DNA from: Octopus sinensis
Lineage: Eukaryota
Length of the DNA: 64,000 bases
Direction: 5' to 3'
Assembly: GCF_006345805.1 (NCBI RefSeq)
Contig: NC_043003.1
Span: 44,206,001-44,270,000, forward strand
Shown piece by piece: positions 14,187 through 28,444 of the stretch. The position numbers and the translations under genes were made by a program. The first letter of the stretch is position 1, and every line of letters starts with the position of its first letter. The notes below the pieces were generated by a model. It searched no databases and was not told where the DNA came from. It was given only the letters and a program-made list of their open reading frames with translations.

Positions 14187-15079
14187 GAGGCAGAGAATGA
14201 GAAAAGGTGAGAGAGAGAAGAATGTGTGTGAAAAATAGCAATTCTTCAGTTGTTTCAGAGTATGAATTGTAGGAGGTATAAATGGGTGTATGGAAGGAAA
14301 TCTGTAAGATGAGAAACTACTGCAGCATAAAATAGGACATATTATTCATTGATATATTAGTTTCACGAACTGAAACAACGAAGACAATCAGTGCAAATAT
14401 ACCTAACAAAATTATTTATATGTACAGATGAATCTTAGGAAAAAAAAGGACATCTTTTATCAAGCAATTATTCTATTACTGCTCCGAGGAAAAGAATATA
14501 TTGTATGTTGTATATGATTCTAGCAAACATACAAATTAGCACACACATCGAGACATACTCGTATGTACAGAAACACGTATGCAAAGATTTCCCACATATA
14601 TCGATAAACAGTAATTCATTTATAATGTATATGTGTGTGTCTGTGTCAGTCTCCATATACATATATACATGTACGTACATATATGTGTGCGTGTGTCTGT
14701 GTCTGTGTTTAAGTGTCTTCATGAATGTATGCATAACTGCAAGCCAAAGTAACATAACATAATATATATGTTTATATATAGATGTCGCACACATATACTT
14801 AGTAAACATCAGAGAACTGTTGCAACACAGTAGTAGAACCAAAATTACTTCCCGAGAGACATTGTGGCGTGCAATCAAGCCTTATGTATAGCACTCGCCG
14901 AAATACACATGAAGCACGACGTCACAGATGCAGAAAAGCACATACCAAATTATTTTGTATTATGAGGCACCAGAAGAAGAAAAAAAACAGAGACACGGTG
15001 GATTTGCCATGTACATCCGTGAAGATCTCACGCCCCAGATACTTTTGCTACACGAAGGAAAATTATTGCACTTCTTGAA

Positions 15080-15900
15080 GAGAATGACTTGCTGACGAGT
15101 TTGAAGTCGCCTTATACAGCCTTTGTAGCACTACTTCTCAGCAGCTCAAATGTGTACGTGATATATCTCGACATTGCAAAAGCATTTGATAAATTCGACT
15201 ATGGTATGATGTGTCACAATCTGCGTAATCTCGTCATAGTTGGAAAACTTGGAGAATGGCTAAGTCCTCTAGTAGTGGCCAACGGGGCCGCATCCAACGA
15301 ATGAGTTGTGTTCCACAGGGCAATGTTTTTGGGTCACTGTTATTCACAGTTGCCCTCTCAGACATGCACTCACTTGCTCGGATAGCCACCCTTGCTAGTT
15401 ATGTAGATGATACAAAGTCGCTCAGAAGATACAAAACGCGCGTGACATTGCGGATCTGGAACGGGAGTGGGACGCAATATACAGGTGAGCTGAGGAAAAT
15501 AACGTGCAGTTTAATACTGGAAAATTCCAACCGCTGCGCTACCACAACACGATCGTTAGTGAAAAGTAGACAGGATGCATTGGCACAGAAGGGATTCCAA
15601 TCACTAAATCAAAATCAGTGCATGACCTGGGCCCAAACATGAGTAATAAGGCATCGTTCCAAGTGCATATTACAATGTTGGCAATGAAATATGTCTTAGT
15701 AGATGGATCCTTTGAATTTTCAAAACAAGAGAGCAGAAAACCATGGTAGTCCTCTGGAGAACATTTGCCCTCGGCGGTTTGGATCACTGCTCCCAACTGT
15801 GGTTACCAAACAGTGTAAAATTAATGGTGAAACTCGGGGCATTCCAGCGAACATTGTGCCAATGCAATATGTCAGCTACCGGGAGAGAGAGAAAATTTAA
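15080..15900 (+). mobile_element. CR1/L2-type LINE reverse transcriptase fragment (frameshifted)
   Basis: VIYLDIAKAFDK, VPQGNVFGSLLF, SYVDDTK and LDHCSQLW motifs. Same family as 28445-30290. Confidence 0.9.
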
Positions 15901-17003
15901 GATTTCAGTGAAGCCTTCTTTGAAGAAGATCTCAAAAACTCTTGAAAGAAGAACCTAAAAAGTAACATTTGGTGATATCTGTTGAAAATAGGCAAAATTT
16001 GGCATCGTTTCATTTTGAAGTACCTGGCGGTAAAGGGTTCATTTCCCAAAGGTATTTATGATATAATAGTTGCTCCCTTAGCGGATGACGCCTGAGCTAA
16101 TCTACTGTGCAAATGTGGAGAGCTGAATTGAGAGGTTTAACGTTGACCCAACATCTGGAAGTCCTGTCAATGCTACCACTAATCGTGTTCACCATGTCTG
16201 TCGTGAGAGAGTTGAGAATATTCTGCGCAAGGAACTTAGGAAAACGAATGTTTCTTCTCGGTGGGTGTTGTATCTTACCAGAAGTGTACCAGGCTGATCA
16301 TATAACGGGAAAAATCTGATATTGTTTGATGCTCACCCAGCAGATTTCCTTCAGCTCTTCCTATATCGGAATGTGTGCTGGGTTCATTTCATTGAGCCAG
16401 AGACAAAATGACAACACATGCAGTAGAAATACCTCATTATCTGCCACAAATATGGTAAGTTTTTGTCTTGTGCAGGGAAGGTCCTTGCCTCAGATATTTT
16501 GGAATCAACATTTATTGCGTTGATATTCCATGGGCCACATCACCAATGGTGAGTTCTACGCCAATTTGCTGATTAGGAAAGTTTATCGATGCTAAAACAC
16601 TCAGAAAATCTGACATAAATGATCTTGTTTCTTCAGGACAATGCTTCAGGATACAAACCCTTGATATCAGTATCTCCTGTGTATGACTGGGGCTTCTCAC
16701 GGGTTGATTACCCCACCTACACTCTTGATTTGTCCCCATCTCACGCTTATTCATTGCACAAAATAAAGGAAACATATGGCTGGGAACTTGTGCTGCAGTG
16801 ATGACGACGTAATATCTCCCGTTGATGAACTTTTTCACCAACTACACGAAAGCATATTCACCAATCTGATTCAAGTACTGCAATACCGCTTGAAGAGGTG
16901 TATGGACTGCAAAGGGGGGGTTATGTTGAAAATTAAATCTTATTAGGACATATTGCATGAGAGTATTGTGGTCAGCCTATCGACATTTCAGCCAAAAATC
17001 GTA
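15900..17003 (+). mobile_element. Degenerate mariner (DD34D-type) transposon
   Basis: ORF 16619..16801 (LQDNASGYK..VDYPTYTLDLSPSH) is a decayed HQDNAPAH..HPPYSPDLAPSD. TIR-like end cagcc..tttcagcc..tcg+TA at about 17003. Confidence 0.85.
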
Positions 17004-17397
17004 TATAGTCGTACATCGACCTCTTTCGCCTACAAAAATTGTGTTTACTTAATTTATGCATATCTACAAAAATATGTTCTTTTTGTTATATATGAACCTT
17101 TAAAAAAAATATGTATCGATGTGTACATTTATATGTCTTATGTTGTTGTTCGTGCTAAATATGTAATATTGTAATAATTTGCATGTGAAGTTTGTGTGTA
17201 TGTATGTGTTTGTCTTTGGGTATGTTTCGTCATATATGTTTCAGTATGTTTGTATCCTTGCGCATGTGTTTGTGTGTGTGCATGTGTGCGTGTTTAAATG
17301 TGTATATAGCTGTCTCTGTATGTATACGAGTATATATATGCATAAACATATATGCGTATGTGTATATGTATGTTTATAGGTATTTATGTACGTACAA

Positions 17398-17456
<59 letters not shown>

Positions 17457-18138
17457 ATATATATATATGCGTACGTACCTATTTCAATGTTTATGTGTTT
17501 ATGTATGTGTAAGTGCGTATGCGTGTGTCTGTATCTGTGCAGTGTGTATATGTATGTGGCTGTCTTTGTTTGTTTGTGTGTGTGTGTGTGTGTGTGTGTT
17601 GCAAGCGGGGGTGTATGTATGTACATTGACCGTACATGTATATTCACTTATTACTCCTGTTTCTAACTCTCACTCTCTTTCACTCTCTGTCTCTCACTCT
17701 CTTTCACTCCATGTCTCTCACTCTCTCTCTCGTCTGTACTATAGTATTTCCTCTTTATTCTGTTTCCCAAAATTTTATGTCACCACTAATTACTAACTAA
17801 TTACATATATACGATTCATCCGAATATAAATTTTGTGTTATTTCATTTTCTGTCAGAAGAATTTCAAATACGAAATTATTCATATATTTATCCTACATAC
17901 GCATTCATCTAGTCCCCCTTAGCAAATGAAACATGTGCCATATTGAATAAATAATACCAAAACTTTTTAAAACGTCTGTTTTAATATATAATTACTCTGC
18001 AAGAAATATTGCCTGAATTTAGAACTCTAATGCGTATTTCGCATAGATATAACAAATAGATACAAAATTGCAATTCTGGAACAAGTAGATATGTTTATGC
18101 ACGCGTATGTAAACTTGCAGGTGCGTGTATTTACGCGT

Positions 18139-18196
<58 letters not shown>

Positions 18197-19032
18197 TGCA
18201 TCGAGTACTAGTTTGTAAGTTTGAGTATACATATATATGTGTATTCTTGTGTGTTTGTGCGTTTGAATGTTTGCGCGTGTGTATGTGTCTGTGTGTGTGT
18301 GTGTCTTTGTGTGTGTGTGTATGTTTGTACGTCTGTGTATGAGTTTGTGTGTGTGTTTGTGTTTGTGTCTGTGTGTGTGTCTGTGTGTGTATGTTTGTAA
18401 GATATATATATATATATGTGTATATATAACAGACACGCATTTATATATAACTAACGAAATTATTTAGCAGAAAATGCTAAAATTCACAAACTGAATTTTA
18501 TGCATAAAAAGCAAAACAAAAGATTATGTACAGGAGCATGAAGCACATCGGGCATACTTTTCTCATATAAGCACAAACCTTAGGGTGTATGTACATATAT
18601 GGCTGTGTGTGCATTTATATATGTTTGTGTGCAACTGTGTGCGCCCGTGTAAATATCTTGATATTTCATAATCATCGTTATTTTTTCACTAGATGTAAGA
18701 CGTGTTTTCCATGGATATTCGCTGAGAGCTTAGGATTATATATCGTAATCATCTTCACTGGATGATTGAAATGTATACTACGTCTCTCAAATTTCAACTA
18801 GTTTCAAGGATATTTAATACTCTCAGTTCCATTTGTGTGTCTAGTGTATATACCATGTTATGTGTGTACATACACTTTTATATCCATAGATATACGTATA
18901 TATTAACATTTTACACGCTAAACGAACATATTTGAGTATACAAACACCTATATTGTGTGCGTACATACACACGCATACACATACATATACGCATGTATAT
19001 ACACACGTACGCACACACACACACACACACAC

Positions 19033-19063
<31 letters not shown>

Positions 19064-21324
19064 CCGTTTGTATACGTATGTATATAATCTCTCTTGTAGT
19101 ATAAATTTGAGGTATTTCAACTCATACTAGAAATAAATATGTACAGCATGTTTAGTTGACTGAAGCGAGAATATTCAACTAGAACATGCTTTTTCTCTTT
19201 CCAATATATTCCTAATTATCAAATGTCGAGAAACAACCATTCGATTGCTCCACTTCTATGACATTGTAAAGGTGAGCTAAACGGACCATAAACATATTTA
19301 TTTAGATCTTAAGTATATATAACAGAATAACAAATAGCATTTTCAAACGAGAGAACAGGTTACATGGTTATGGCTATAAGAGTAAATTATTAATATAATT
19401 CTAATATATCTGTGTATTTGGATTGACAGAGAAAGGAGCATTTCATATCTATTAGTAGCTCCCGCAGACTTTTGTTGATTTTGCGGTTAAATATAAATAT
19501 AAGAAATATAAGAAAAGCCGCTAAATTTATATTTAAAAATAGAAAGAATTACAAAAAAACACAATGATGCCGTTTGCAGACTAATGATTAGAGATATAGA
19601 ATGGATGCATATGCAAAGGGATCTCACTGATTCTTGTTTTACTTGGGCGGATTCTAGTAGTCGTTCAGTGTTTAAAACGTTTATGATATTAAATATTATT
19701 ATGTATTGTATAAAAATATTCTGTATTTTATAGAAGTTTAACCAAATATTCCGTATATTTTAGAGATATAACCAAATTATAGCAGATAATCTTCAAATCT
19801 TATATGGACCCCAAAATAGCCATATGAATTCAGGATGGGAAACTGGCTTAGAGGTTCCTGTTATTTAAACCCATGTGGATATCGTTGATAGTTGAAAAAT
19901 GAGAAGGTGAAATGCAATACTACAGTCTCTCTTTGTCTAGACGTGTACACTAGGAGATATGTTGTTCAATACTTATTTCAACTTTTACTTTAGTAATATG
20001 GGAATTTAAGCAGATTTGTCACTTTTTTGTGACACGTCGAGAAATGGCTTGGCTCCAAGCAAAATCAGTTTTAGTGAGATACTGAGATAAATAATTAGCT
20101 GATATTCTATTATCTGAATTAAGATTATCTATATAATAGATTCTATAAAGTGTGCATATGTTCGGTTCACTTTCACAGATTGGAGAATATTTTAGATGGT
20201 ATTTCACAGGTATATTACTGTACAGCAAAACCAATGAGAGATAGTCGACGTTGAACTTAAGAGAACCAAATGCAATGGTATTCATCATTACTTTCTTGGT
20301 CTGGTAAGAATCAATAGTAATCACATTTGTCATTCAAATGAAAATCTTTATGTCCTCTAGAGATTGGAATTAATATTGTGAGATCGATAAAAAAAAATGA
20401 AAAATTGCTTCCAGTGTCCTCCAATTTTAAACTCACTAACCTAGAAAATAAGATGTCGTTGGGATGTTAATGTAAGACACAGGCGATGATATAAAACAAT
20501 TCAATACTTCAGTACTGATGAAGAATCCCAATGGTATTCTAGGCTGTGATTTCTTTGAGGATATTAGAATAATTAATATGTTCATCGTTTTCACTCGGGC
20601 GTTATTGAAGTTCATCTGAGAATCTGCAGTACATACGAAGAAGTTAAGTTTCTGAAATAGACTTTCGATATTGCTGTCAAAACCAAATGAATAAAATGTC
20701 TTCTTACTAAATTAAAAAACAAAAAAGAAATGATGATATATAAGTCTCATCGACATAACAATAAGGAATCCCAAGATAACTAGTGGATATATTTTATTTG
20801 GTAAATATGTAGAAACAAATATTCATCAGCATGATAAATAGGCGAAACGTTCAAGTTAGACTAACATTTAAATGTTTAATCATATCAATATATGAATATA
20901 ATTATAATCTTAGATATACGAAAACATATTTTACATGTAGCCCGGTTGATTTTAGCAGGAGAACCTTTATCACAAAATATAAAAGATGGAGAATATTGTT
21001 TGGAAATATTTCAAAACCAGCAATTATTCTTCTCTGCAATTGTTTATATTAGTAACTTTTTAAGAAACTAAGAAAGGGTGTAGGAGGAGGCGAATACAGC
21101 GAGAGTAATTAAAAAATATACGAGCGTAGGTTTTTGGAGTTATTTTGCTCTTGCAGTTGTTCGGATTCTAATGAGGGAGTTTACTTTCTCTTTTAGAATC
21201 TAGTGAATTTATTGTCGACAATTCTATTAACTAAAAGAAGTACGAGAAAGTGACACGCGAGCGCGCGCGTACACACACACACAATATCTTTCTCTCTCAC
21301 ATACATACACGTGTGTCTATATAT

Positions 21325-21646
21325 TTCTATATAAATATATAAAAGAGAGATTTTGTCCGTTTGTGTGTTTGCCCCATATATATGATGAGAGCTTCACCTA
21401 GTAATTTTTTTTTTATTCTTCATTCCTTTTCGAAATTACCCCTAATAGTAGTTTGGAGCTTAACTACTCTTTCTAGCGGGTCAGATGTCCTGTTACGGCC
21501 ATCTTTTATGTGTTTAAATGTACACTGCATTTTCATATGAATGATATATAGTCTATTGACAAGTATTTTTCCTTCTCGCTGGACCGCTGGTATCAAAGAA
21601 ATTTTCTAAATTACTTTGCAACCCTGGAATTTATTAATATATATAC

Positions 21647-21702
<56 letters not shown>

Positions 21703-22735
21703 ATGTGTGTGTGTGAGTATGTGTGTGTGTGTAAAAGAGAATTCTATCCGTTAGTATGTTTGTTTGTCCCATAAAATGAAACTACATGGTTCAAGTGACG
21801 CAACACTAACTGTATTTCAATAAAGTCTTCTGTATTATGGCATTACGTGAAAACACTTCAGCTTTCGACGTATATGAGATCGAGGCTTTCAAGTGATCAA
21901 TCGGCTGGACTATTTACTGGTCAGCTTCTGAAACTTGGTGAAGAGTGAATTTCAATTGACGAAGAACAGTTTCTTACACTCAATCCAATATGTAATCCAA
22001 CTGATTCCGTCGATGATTATGGTGGTTGAAATATTTCCTAATCTTCATAATTACAACAATACAGATTGGATCTGCGAGTGAGCTATACTGACTCCAGAAA
22101 CTGTTGTACGTAATATGCTACTGAATGAACTTCCAGGAGAAGCATTCACCTACAACGCAACTGGCAGTTTTGTTGATGATCAGGATATTGTTAGCCACAC
22201 CATCGAAATTTTTCACTCATTACAACCACAAGGTGCACCTTCTCATTGGCTTCAGCTGGAAAAATGGACTCATTCTCGGATATTGTATAATTTGCGTCAG
22301 CCTAAATTATGCAATGGTACAAGAGGAATTGTGCACAAACTTATGACACACTGTATTGACGTAAATATTCTCACTGGTTTCTTTTACGATGAGCGTTAAA
22401 AAATGTCAGTGCCAAACAGTAAAATATGCTGGATTGCAACTTGAAGGGCCATGCTTTTTACATAGCAAACTTTATGTAGGGACAGCAAAAGCAAATCTTT
22501 CTGCTTAGGACGAAGAAATAAAACAAAAACATTCTATATAAACAAATATTCATCTTTCATGCAACTTGAATACTTCAATAACTTAATTTGACATTACTAT
22601 CATTAAATTCATGATTGAGTAAATAACCTATTTAATTTCTTCTTTTGCTCTTCTTCCCCCTTATTTCTATTTCATTTTCTTCAGTTTTTCCCTTTTTCCT
22701 ATTTGAGAGAATATTTTTTGAAAAATGTTATCCTA

Positions 22736-22740
<5 letters not shown>
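21325..22740 (+). mobile_element. Helitron remnant with a Pif1-type helicase C-terminal fragment
   Basis: 5' TCTATATAAATATATAAAAGAGAG..GTCCGTTTGT end-like motif (a second one near 21730). Frames read QLLKLG..DWICE*AILTP; ORF 22115..22399 has LQPQGAPSHWLQL..NLRQPKLCNGTR; then QTVKYAGLQL..PCFLHSKLYV. These are Helitron RepHel helicase motifs. Confidence 0.85.
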
Positions 22741-22810
<70 letters not shown>

Positions 22811-22819
22811 TATGTATAT

Positions 22820-23480
22820 ACTAGGCCTGGTAGTTTCTTGTAGCTAGGCATTGATGTTGGGCTACTATGATAGACCCTTCTGTATCTAATTTTAAGCCAG
22901 AAGATACTAACCGTTGATGTGTGTATGTTTGTCAACATTGGCACTATTTGCTTCCTATCAGTATTTGCCATTGAGAGTTTTTTTCTTGCCATTCTATATC
23001 TGCCTTAGGGTGGTGCATTCTATGCATTGTCAACAATTTTCATAGTTTTTCTGACTACTTAATGATATTCAAACTGTAAATCACGACTGGCGAGACTAAA
23101 TTAATGATGGCTTCGAACCTGTGTCTTGCATTCAACTCTGTCTTGAGTATTGTCCTTAGTCTGCGATGATATTGTCTTCTGATCCTTTCCTTCATAACTG
23201 AATATTTGATCCCGTCCTCTTCAATACACGTAGATATTTGTAGCTCACCGCTGTTTCAAATTCTTTTATGGCATTCTGTTGGTCAAGATTAAGATTGGAT
23301 GCTTTTTTCATTTTTCCTTTCATAAAGGTAGCTTTTGCTCATTTATCGAGGCCAAGTTGCATCCTGATGTCATTACTGAATTGCATAACAATAGTTAGTA
23401 TGTCCTGTAGTTGTTGGTCATTTGCAGAAAAGCACTTTGAATCAATTGTGCTAATGATTTATACTTTTATCAAACATTTT
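22820..23480 (-). mobile_element. Old R4/Dong-clade non-LTR retrotransposon, RT thumb region
   Basis: Minus strand reads FSNDIRMQLGLDK, YKYL, ILKTELNARHR and LTMHRMHHPKADIE, characteristic of RLE-clade R4/Dong ORFs. Confidence 0.75.
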
Positions 23481-23676
23481 ATAGACATATTGAACATAAC
23501 TGAGCAATTTCGTGAGAGATAATAAGGCTAGACAAAAGATAGGGAGTCACCCTGAAACATTCCACATGAAATTTTTACATCTCCGACGTTACGAAATTCA
23601 TTGTCACTGTTCAAATTCAGTGTGGTTCCCCCCATGTTCTCACATTTACAGACAAGAAGTTTCGAAGAGTAGGTAC

Positions 23677-23743
<67 letters not shown>
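23677..23743. repeat. (TTA)n microsatellite flanking an R4/Dong copy
   Basis: Perfect tract. Further tracts at 24473-24535, 25265-25416, 25679-25870, 26984-27043 and 27063-27127. Confidence 0.95.
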
Positions 23744-23746
<3 letters not shown>

Positions 23747-24472
23747 TAGTTTTATTTTTATAGCGTGCTTTCACTTCACTACCGAGCGCAGCTCTGTGTG
23801 CCTTGGGTATGTGCTGTGATTTGTTGTGATGCTCTGATGGTTATTGTATGGAAAGTGTTCTGCGTAGGATGTGTGCAGTGCCTAGTAGTGCAATTTTCTG
23901 TATGTTATATGTGTTTGTAAGTCCTGGTGTTTTTGTTATGTATTTGTCTGAATATTTTTTTATCATGCCTAAGCACCTACTATGATAGGAATTGTTTCTG
24001 TTTTCAGATTCCACATTCTAGTTACCTCTATTTCCAGGTCTTTGTATTTTGAGAGTTTCTCCATTTCTTTTAGAGACACGTTGTCATCAGCCGGTATTGA
24101 TACATCAATTAGAAAGCATTTTTTTTCTTCATGATCTTTGACAACTATATCTGGTCTTTTGGCCTTAATTTCTCTATCTGTGTGTATCGGCATATCCCAG
24201 AGTATGGTTGCTTTCTCGTTTTCGGTGACCTTTTCTGGTGTGTGCTTATACCATCTTTTTTCTGTTGTTATTCCATAATGTTGGCATAACTTCCAATGTA
24301 TGTAGGTTCCAACTCTGTCATGTCTGTGAATATATTCCTCCTTAGCCAGGACTGGGCAGCTAGAGATAATATGATTTATTGTTTCTTGTCCATCTCCACA
24401 TATTCTGCAGTTACTTGTAATATTTCTTTTCATTACATGTTTTTGGTAATTTCTGGTGGGGAGGCTTTGGTC
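23744..24472 (-). mobile_element. 5'-truncated R4/Dong-type retrotransposon copy A (CCHC knuckle, restriction-like endonuclease, 3' UTR)
   Basis: ORF 23969..24433 has CRICGDGQETINHIISSC (CCHC), RHD and KRPDIVV..IDVSIP..EKLSKY (PD-(D/E)xK nuclease). (TAA)n on both sides. Confidence 0.92.
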
Positions 24473-24535
<63 letters not shown>

Positions 24536-24538
<3 letters not shown>

Positions 24539-25264
24539 TAGTTTTATTTTTATAGCGTGCTTTCACTTCACTACCGAGCGCAGCTCTGTGTGCCTTGGGT
24601 ATGTGCTGTGATTTGTTGTGATGCTCTGATGGTTATTGTATGGAAAGTGTTCTGCGTAGGATGTGTGCAGTGCCTAGTAGTGCAATTTTCTGTATGTTAT
24701 ATGTGTTTGTAAGTCCTGGTGTTTTTGTTATGTATTTGTCTGAATATTTTTTTATCATGCCTAAGCACCTACTATGATAGGAATTGTTTCTGTTTTCAGA
24801 TTCCACATTCTAGTTACCTCTATTTCCAGGTCTTTGTATTTTGAGAGTTTCTCCATTTCTTTTAGAGACACGTTGTCATCAGCCGGTATTGATACATCAA
24901 TTAGAAAGCATTTTTTTTCTTCATGATCTTTGACAACTATATCTGGTCTTTTGGCCTTAATTTCTCTATCTGTGTGTATCGGCATATCCCAGAGTATGGT
25001 TGCTTTCTCGTTTTCGGTGACCTTTTCTGGTGTGTGCTTATACCATCTTTTTTCTGTTGTTATTCCATAATGTTGGCATAACTTCCAATGTATGTAGGTT
25101 CCAACTCTGTCATGTCTGTGAATATATTCCTCCTTAGCCAGGACTGGGCAGCTAGAGATAATATGATTTATTGTTTCTTGTCCATCTCCACATATTCTGC
25201 AGTTAATTGTAATATTTCTTTTCATTACATGTTTTTGGTAATTTCTGGTGGGGAGGCTTTGGTC
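24536..25264 (-). mobile_element. 5'-truncated R4/Dong-type copy B, near-identical tandem duplicate of copy A
   Basis: Offset exactly 792 bp from copy A, same truncation point; ORF 24761..25225 differs by one residue (S vs N). Confidence 0.92.
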
Positions 25265-25308
<44 letters not shown>

Positions 25309-25309
25309 G

Positions 25310-25347
<38 letters not shown>

Positions 25348-25348
25348 G

Positions 25349-25416
<68 letters not shown>

Positions 25417-25418
<2 letters not shown>

Positions 25419-25678
25419 TTATAACATGCTGTCACCTCACTACCGAGCGCAGGTCTGTGTGCCTTGGGTATCTGCTGTGGTTTGTTGTGATGCTCTGATG
25501 GTTACTGTATTGAAAGTGTTTTGCGTAGGATGTGTGCAGTGCCAAGTAGTGGAATTTTCGGTATGTTAGATACATTTGCAAGTCCTGGTGTTTTTGTTAT
25601 GTATTTGTCTGCATATTTTTTGTCATACCTAATGCGCCTACTATGATTGGGACTGTTTCTATTTTTAGATTCCACATT
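25417..25678 (-). mobile_element. Short R4/Dong-type 3' end, copy C (diverged)
   Basis: ITKTPGL..LLGTAHILRKTLSIQ* plus a 3' UTR similar to copies A and B, between TTA tracts. Confidence 0.85.
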
Positions 25679-25706
25679 TATTTTATTATTATTATTATTA
25701 ATATTA

Positions 25707-25773
<67 letters not shown>

Positions 25774-25787
25774 CATCATTATTATTA

Positions 25788-25834
<47 letters not shown>

Positions 25835-26149
25835 ATAATAATTATTATTATTATTATTATTATTATTATTTTCTTTCACTTTTGTTTCCACTTCTTCCTC
25901 AAAATCTAGTCGACACGTATGAGAGAGAAATATCCCTTTGTACATTGGCAGGTCATTAAAATATACACACCAGCTTGTCTATTTATAAAGTCATATGGGA
26001 GAAAAAAGTAAAAGAAAGAAAGTAAAAGGATAGAAAAAATATTTTTTAAAGTGTGAGAAATGAGAAAAATCTAAACAAAGAAAATAGAGGGGATAAAAGA
26101 AAAGAAAATACACTGCAACAATGCTTTTCACAATACCTGTGACGTACCA

Positions 26150-26915
26150 CCTCAAACGATCTTTTGCAATTCCTGTAAGGATGGTAAGCCAGAGATCATT
26201 CTGAAATAATTTTCAGTTCCTTTTATGATCACCTCAAGTATTGCTACAATGACTGGTAGTGTTACCATCTTGAGATGCTATATTTTTGCGATTTCAATCA
26301 GAAAATCTTTATATTTTCTGAGCTTATCAAATTCATTTCCCTGATATTATGAACACTAGATATGCTCATATTAATAAATAAACAGACTCCATTGTTTTGG
26401 TCTTTCACAACAATATCCGGTTTATTTGCTGTGATGGTGCGGTCTGTATGTACTGGAAAGTTCCAAAGAATCATGACATTTTCTCTGTCAGTTACAGCTC
26501 AGGGTGGTGCTTATGCTATTTTTCACCAGTTTTGATTATATAATGTTGATATGTTAACCACTGTAGATATTGGTGAAGTGTGCCATATTTTGATTTATAC
26601 TCTATAGGTACTTAAAACTTACATCCAGTGATTAGGTGATCAACTGTTTTAATCACGTCATTGCAGCAGCGACAATGTGGGTCTACTCCATTTTAAATCG
26701 TCTCGATTGGTAGTTCTTGAGCAGCTAAGATGTAGACTTCGCTCTTTCCTTTAGTCTTTAACTCCATAGTCACTGAGGGGTGCGCTTCGGACCTACATCA
26801 TCTTGTTTGTTACGGACCACATATTTGCCATGGAGAGACATTTATTGTCACCTGCCTGACAATTGTTCATATGCCATTTCTCTGCCATGAATTTCACCGT
26901 TTCTGCAACAACAGT
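26150..26915 (-). mobile_element. Older R4/Dong-type fragment (CCHC plus RLE region)
   Basis: Minus strand reads LHGKY, YILAAQE, CRCCND..TVDHLITGC and ILWNFPVHTDRTITANKPDIVVKD, with stops. Confidence 0.8.
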
Positions 26916-26982
26916 TGCCGCACTTCCATCACGATGTTCAACCTGGGTAGTATGCATGAAATCACTAGCAAATTATTATGAA

Positions 26983-27045
<63 letters not shown>

Positions 27046-27062
27046 GGTTTAAGGAAGACACA

Positions 27063-27119
<57 letters not shown>

Positions 27120-27840
27120 GTTATTAGTGTTACTAATATTACCGCCATGTACGTATGTATGCATATTGTGTATGGCTCTGTGCTTGTGTATGCTTGTGTT
27201 CGTGCGCCCATCTATGTTTAATCTTCAGAATAATTTTCTTATAATTAAATCAATATCTAATGATTTTAACATAGATGGAAATACGAGGAATTGAAGAATA
27301 GTTATTTGTATTCACGCTTTAGGAAATCTACTGAAGGAATTATAAAACCAATTTGAAATCGTTTAGTCCTCAAGGAATGTCAACAATCTTTGGGTGAATA
27401 TAATTCAATGCACTATCGTCGGATACATCTTCATAGATTATATTAGGATATAACCTAAATGTCGCGTCACCCGCCATCATTTCATAAATCGTCAGGAAAT
27501 TACGAATTAAGTTTCTTGCTTGCTCTAAATGAATAACTCCAAGGCAATATTTCAGCCTTACCTTTATCACTCTTGAGAGTTTTGTAGGTTATAATAATCA
27601 TCATGTTCCCAGTTTTACATTTAATATTTTAGCCTTATAATACTGCAGTTATTTATGAGTCAGTTTCTAAGAACATTGTATATGAAAATTCATACGATAC
27701 CCTGAATTTCCCTTATCTTAATTAGTGAAACCTTCACCGTGCAATGATGAAAAAATGAAACAGCTAACGTGTCAACATTTAACACTTGGCAAATCAACCA
27801 AACGCATAAACACATACATGCACATACACATATGTATGTC

Positions 27841-27892
<52 letters not shown>

Positions 27893-28444
27893 TGTGTATG
27901 TAACTCTCACATTCCAAAATGGAAAACTAAAAGTAAGCAGCATCGGCACCACCAGAAGCTTAGTTTAAAGTCTTTCTCATTGTTATTTCTGGACATTTGC
28001 CTACCTAATAATTGAAAATTTTACAATACATCAGACAAATGGAGTCAGAAATATGTTTTTCTTGAGCGAAAAACATTCAGACTAACATAGTTGTTATTTC
28101 AGTCAGTAACATATACCGTTAGTAATCATGCAAAAACATGAACAAGAAAATACTTATTTCTCATTTCACTATCTTATTTCACTTAGAGTGTCTATGAGGG
28201 CGTTCACCCTGCACGCAGTATTTACCAAAATTCTGAAAAATATAAATTCTGCTGACTTAAAAGAAATAAGGAACGACTCATTTAAGGAATATAATCCAAT
28301 GTCTAATAAAAATATGAGATGGTTGGATTGATTTTGAACATAGGTCCGCTGGATTAGATTTCAATGGTGCAAATAAAACCACTCATAAATTCTTCGCATT
28401 GGTTTTCAGCCCACGCAAAGCTACGGAAAAAATGAATATTTTTT

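Noticed and set aside
19440-20760. Possible Helitron-like or LTR-element remnants
   Set aside because: Only a vague resemblance; no diagnostic protein motif or terminal structure could be read.
23677-25870. Repeat-spacer-repeat pattern superficially like a CRISPR array
   Set aside because: The repeats are TTA microsatellites and the intervening units are retrotransposon 3' ends in a eukaryotic context.
27370-27570. 66-aa minus-strand ORF with ordinary composition and a nearby AG/GTAAGG donor-like site
   Set aside because: No recognisable domain, and the donor-like site falls at the ORF start, so no coherent exon can be drawn.
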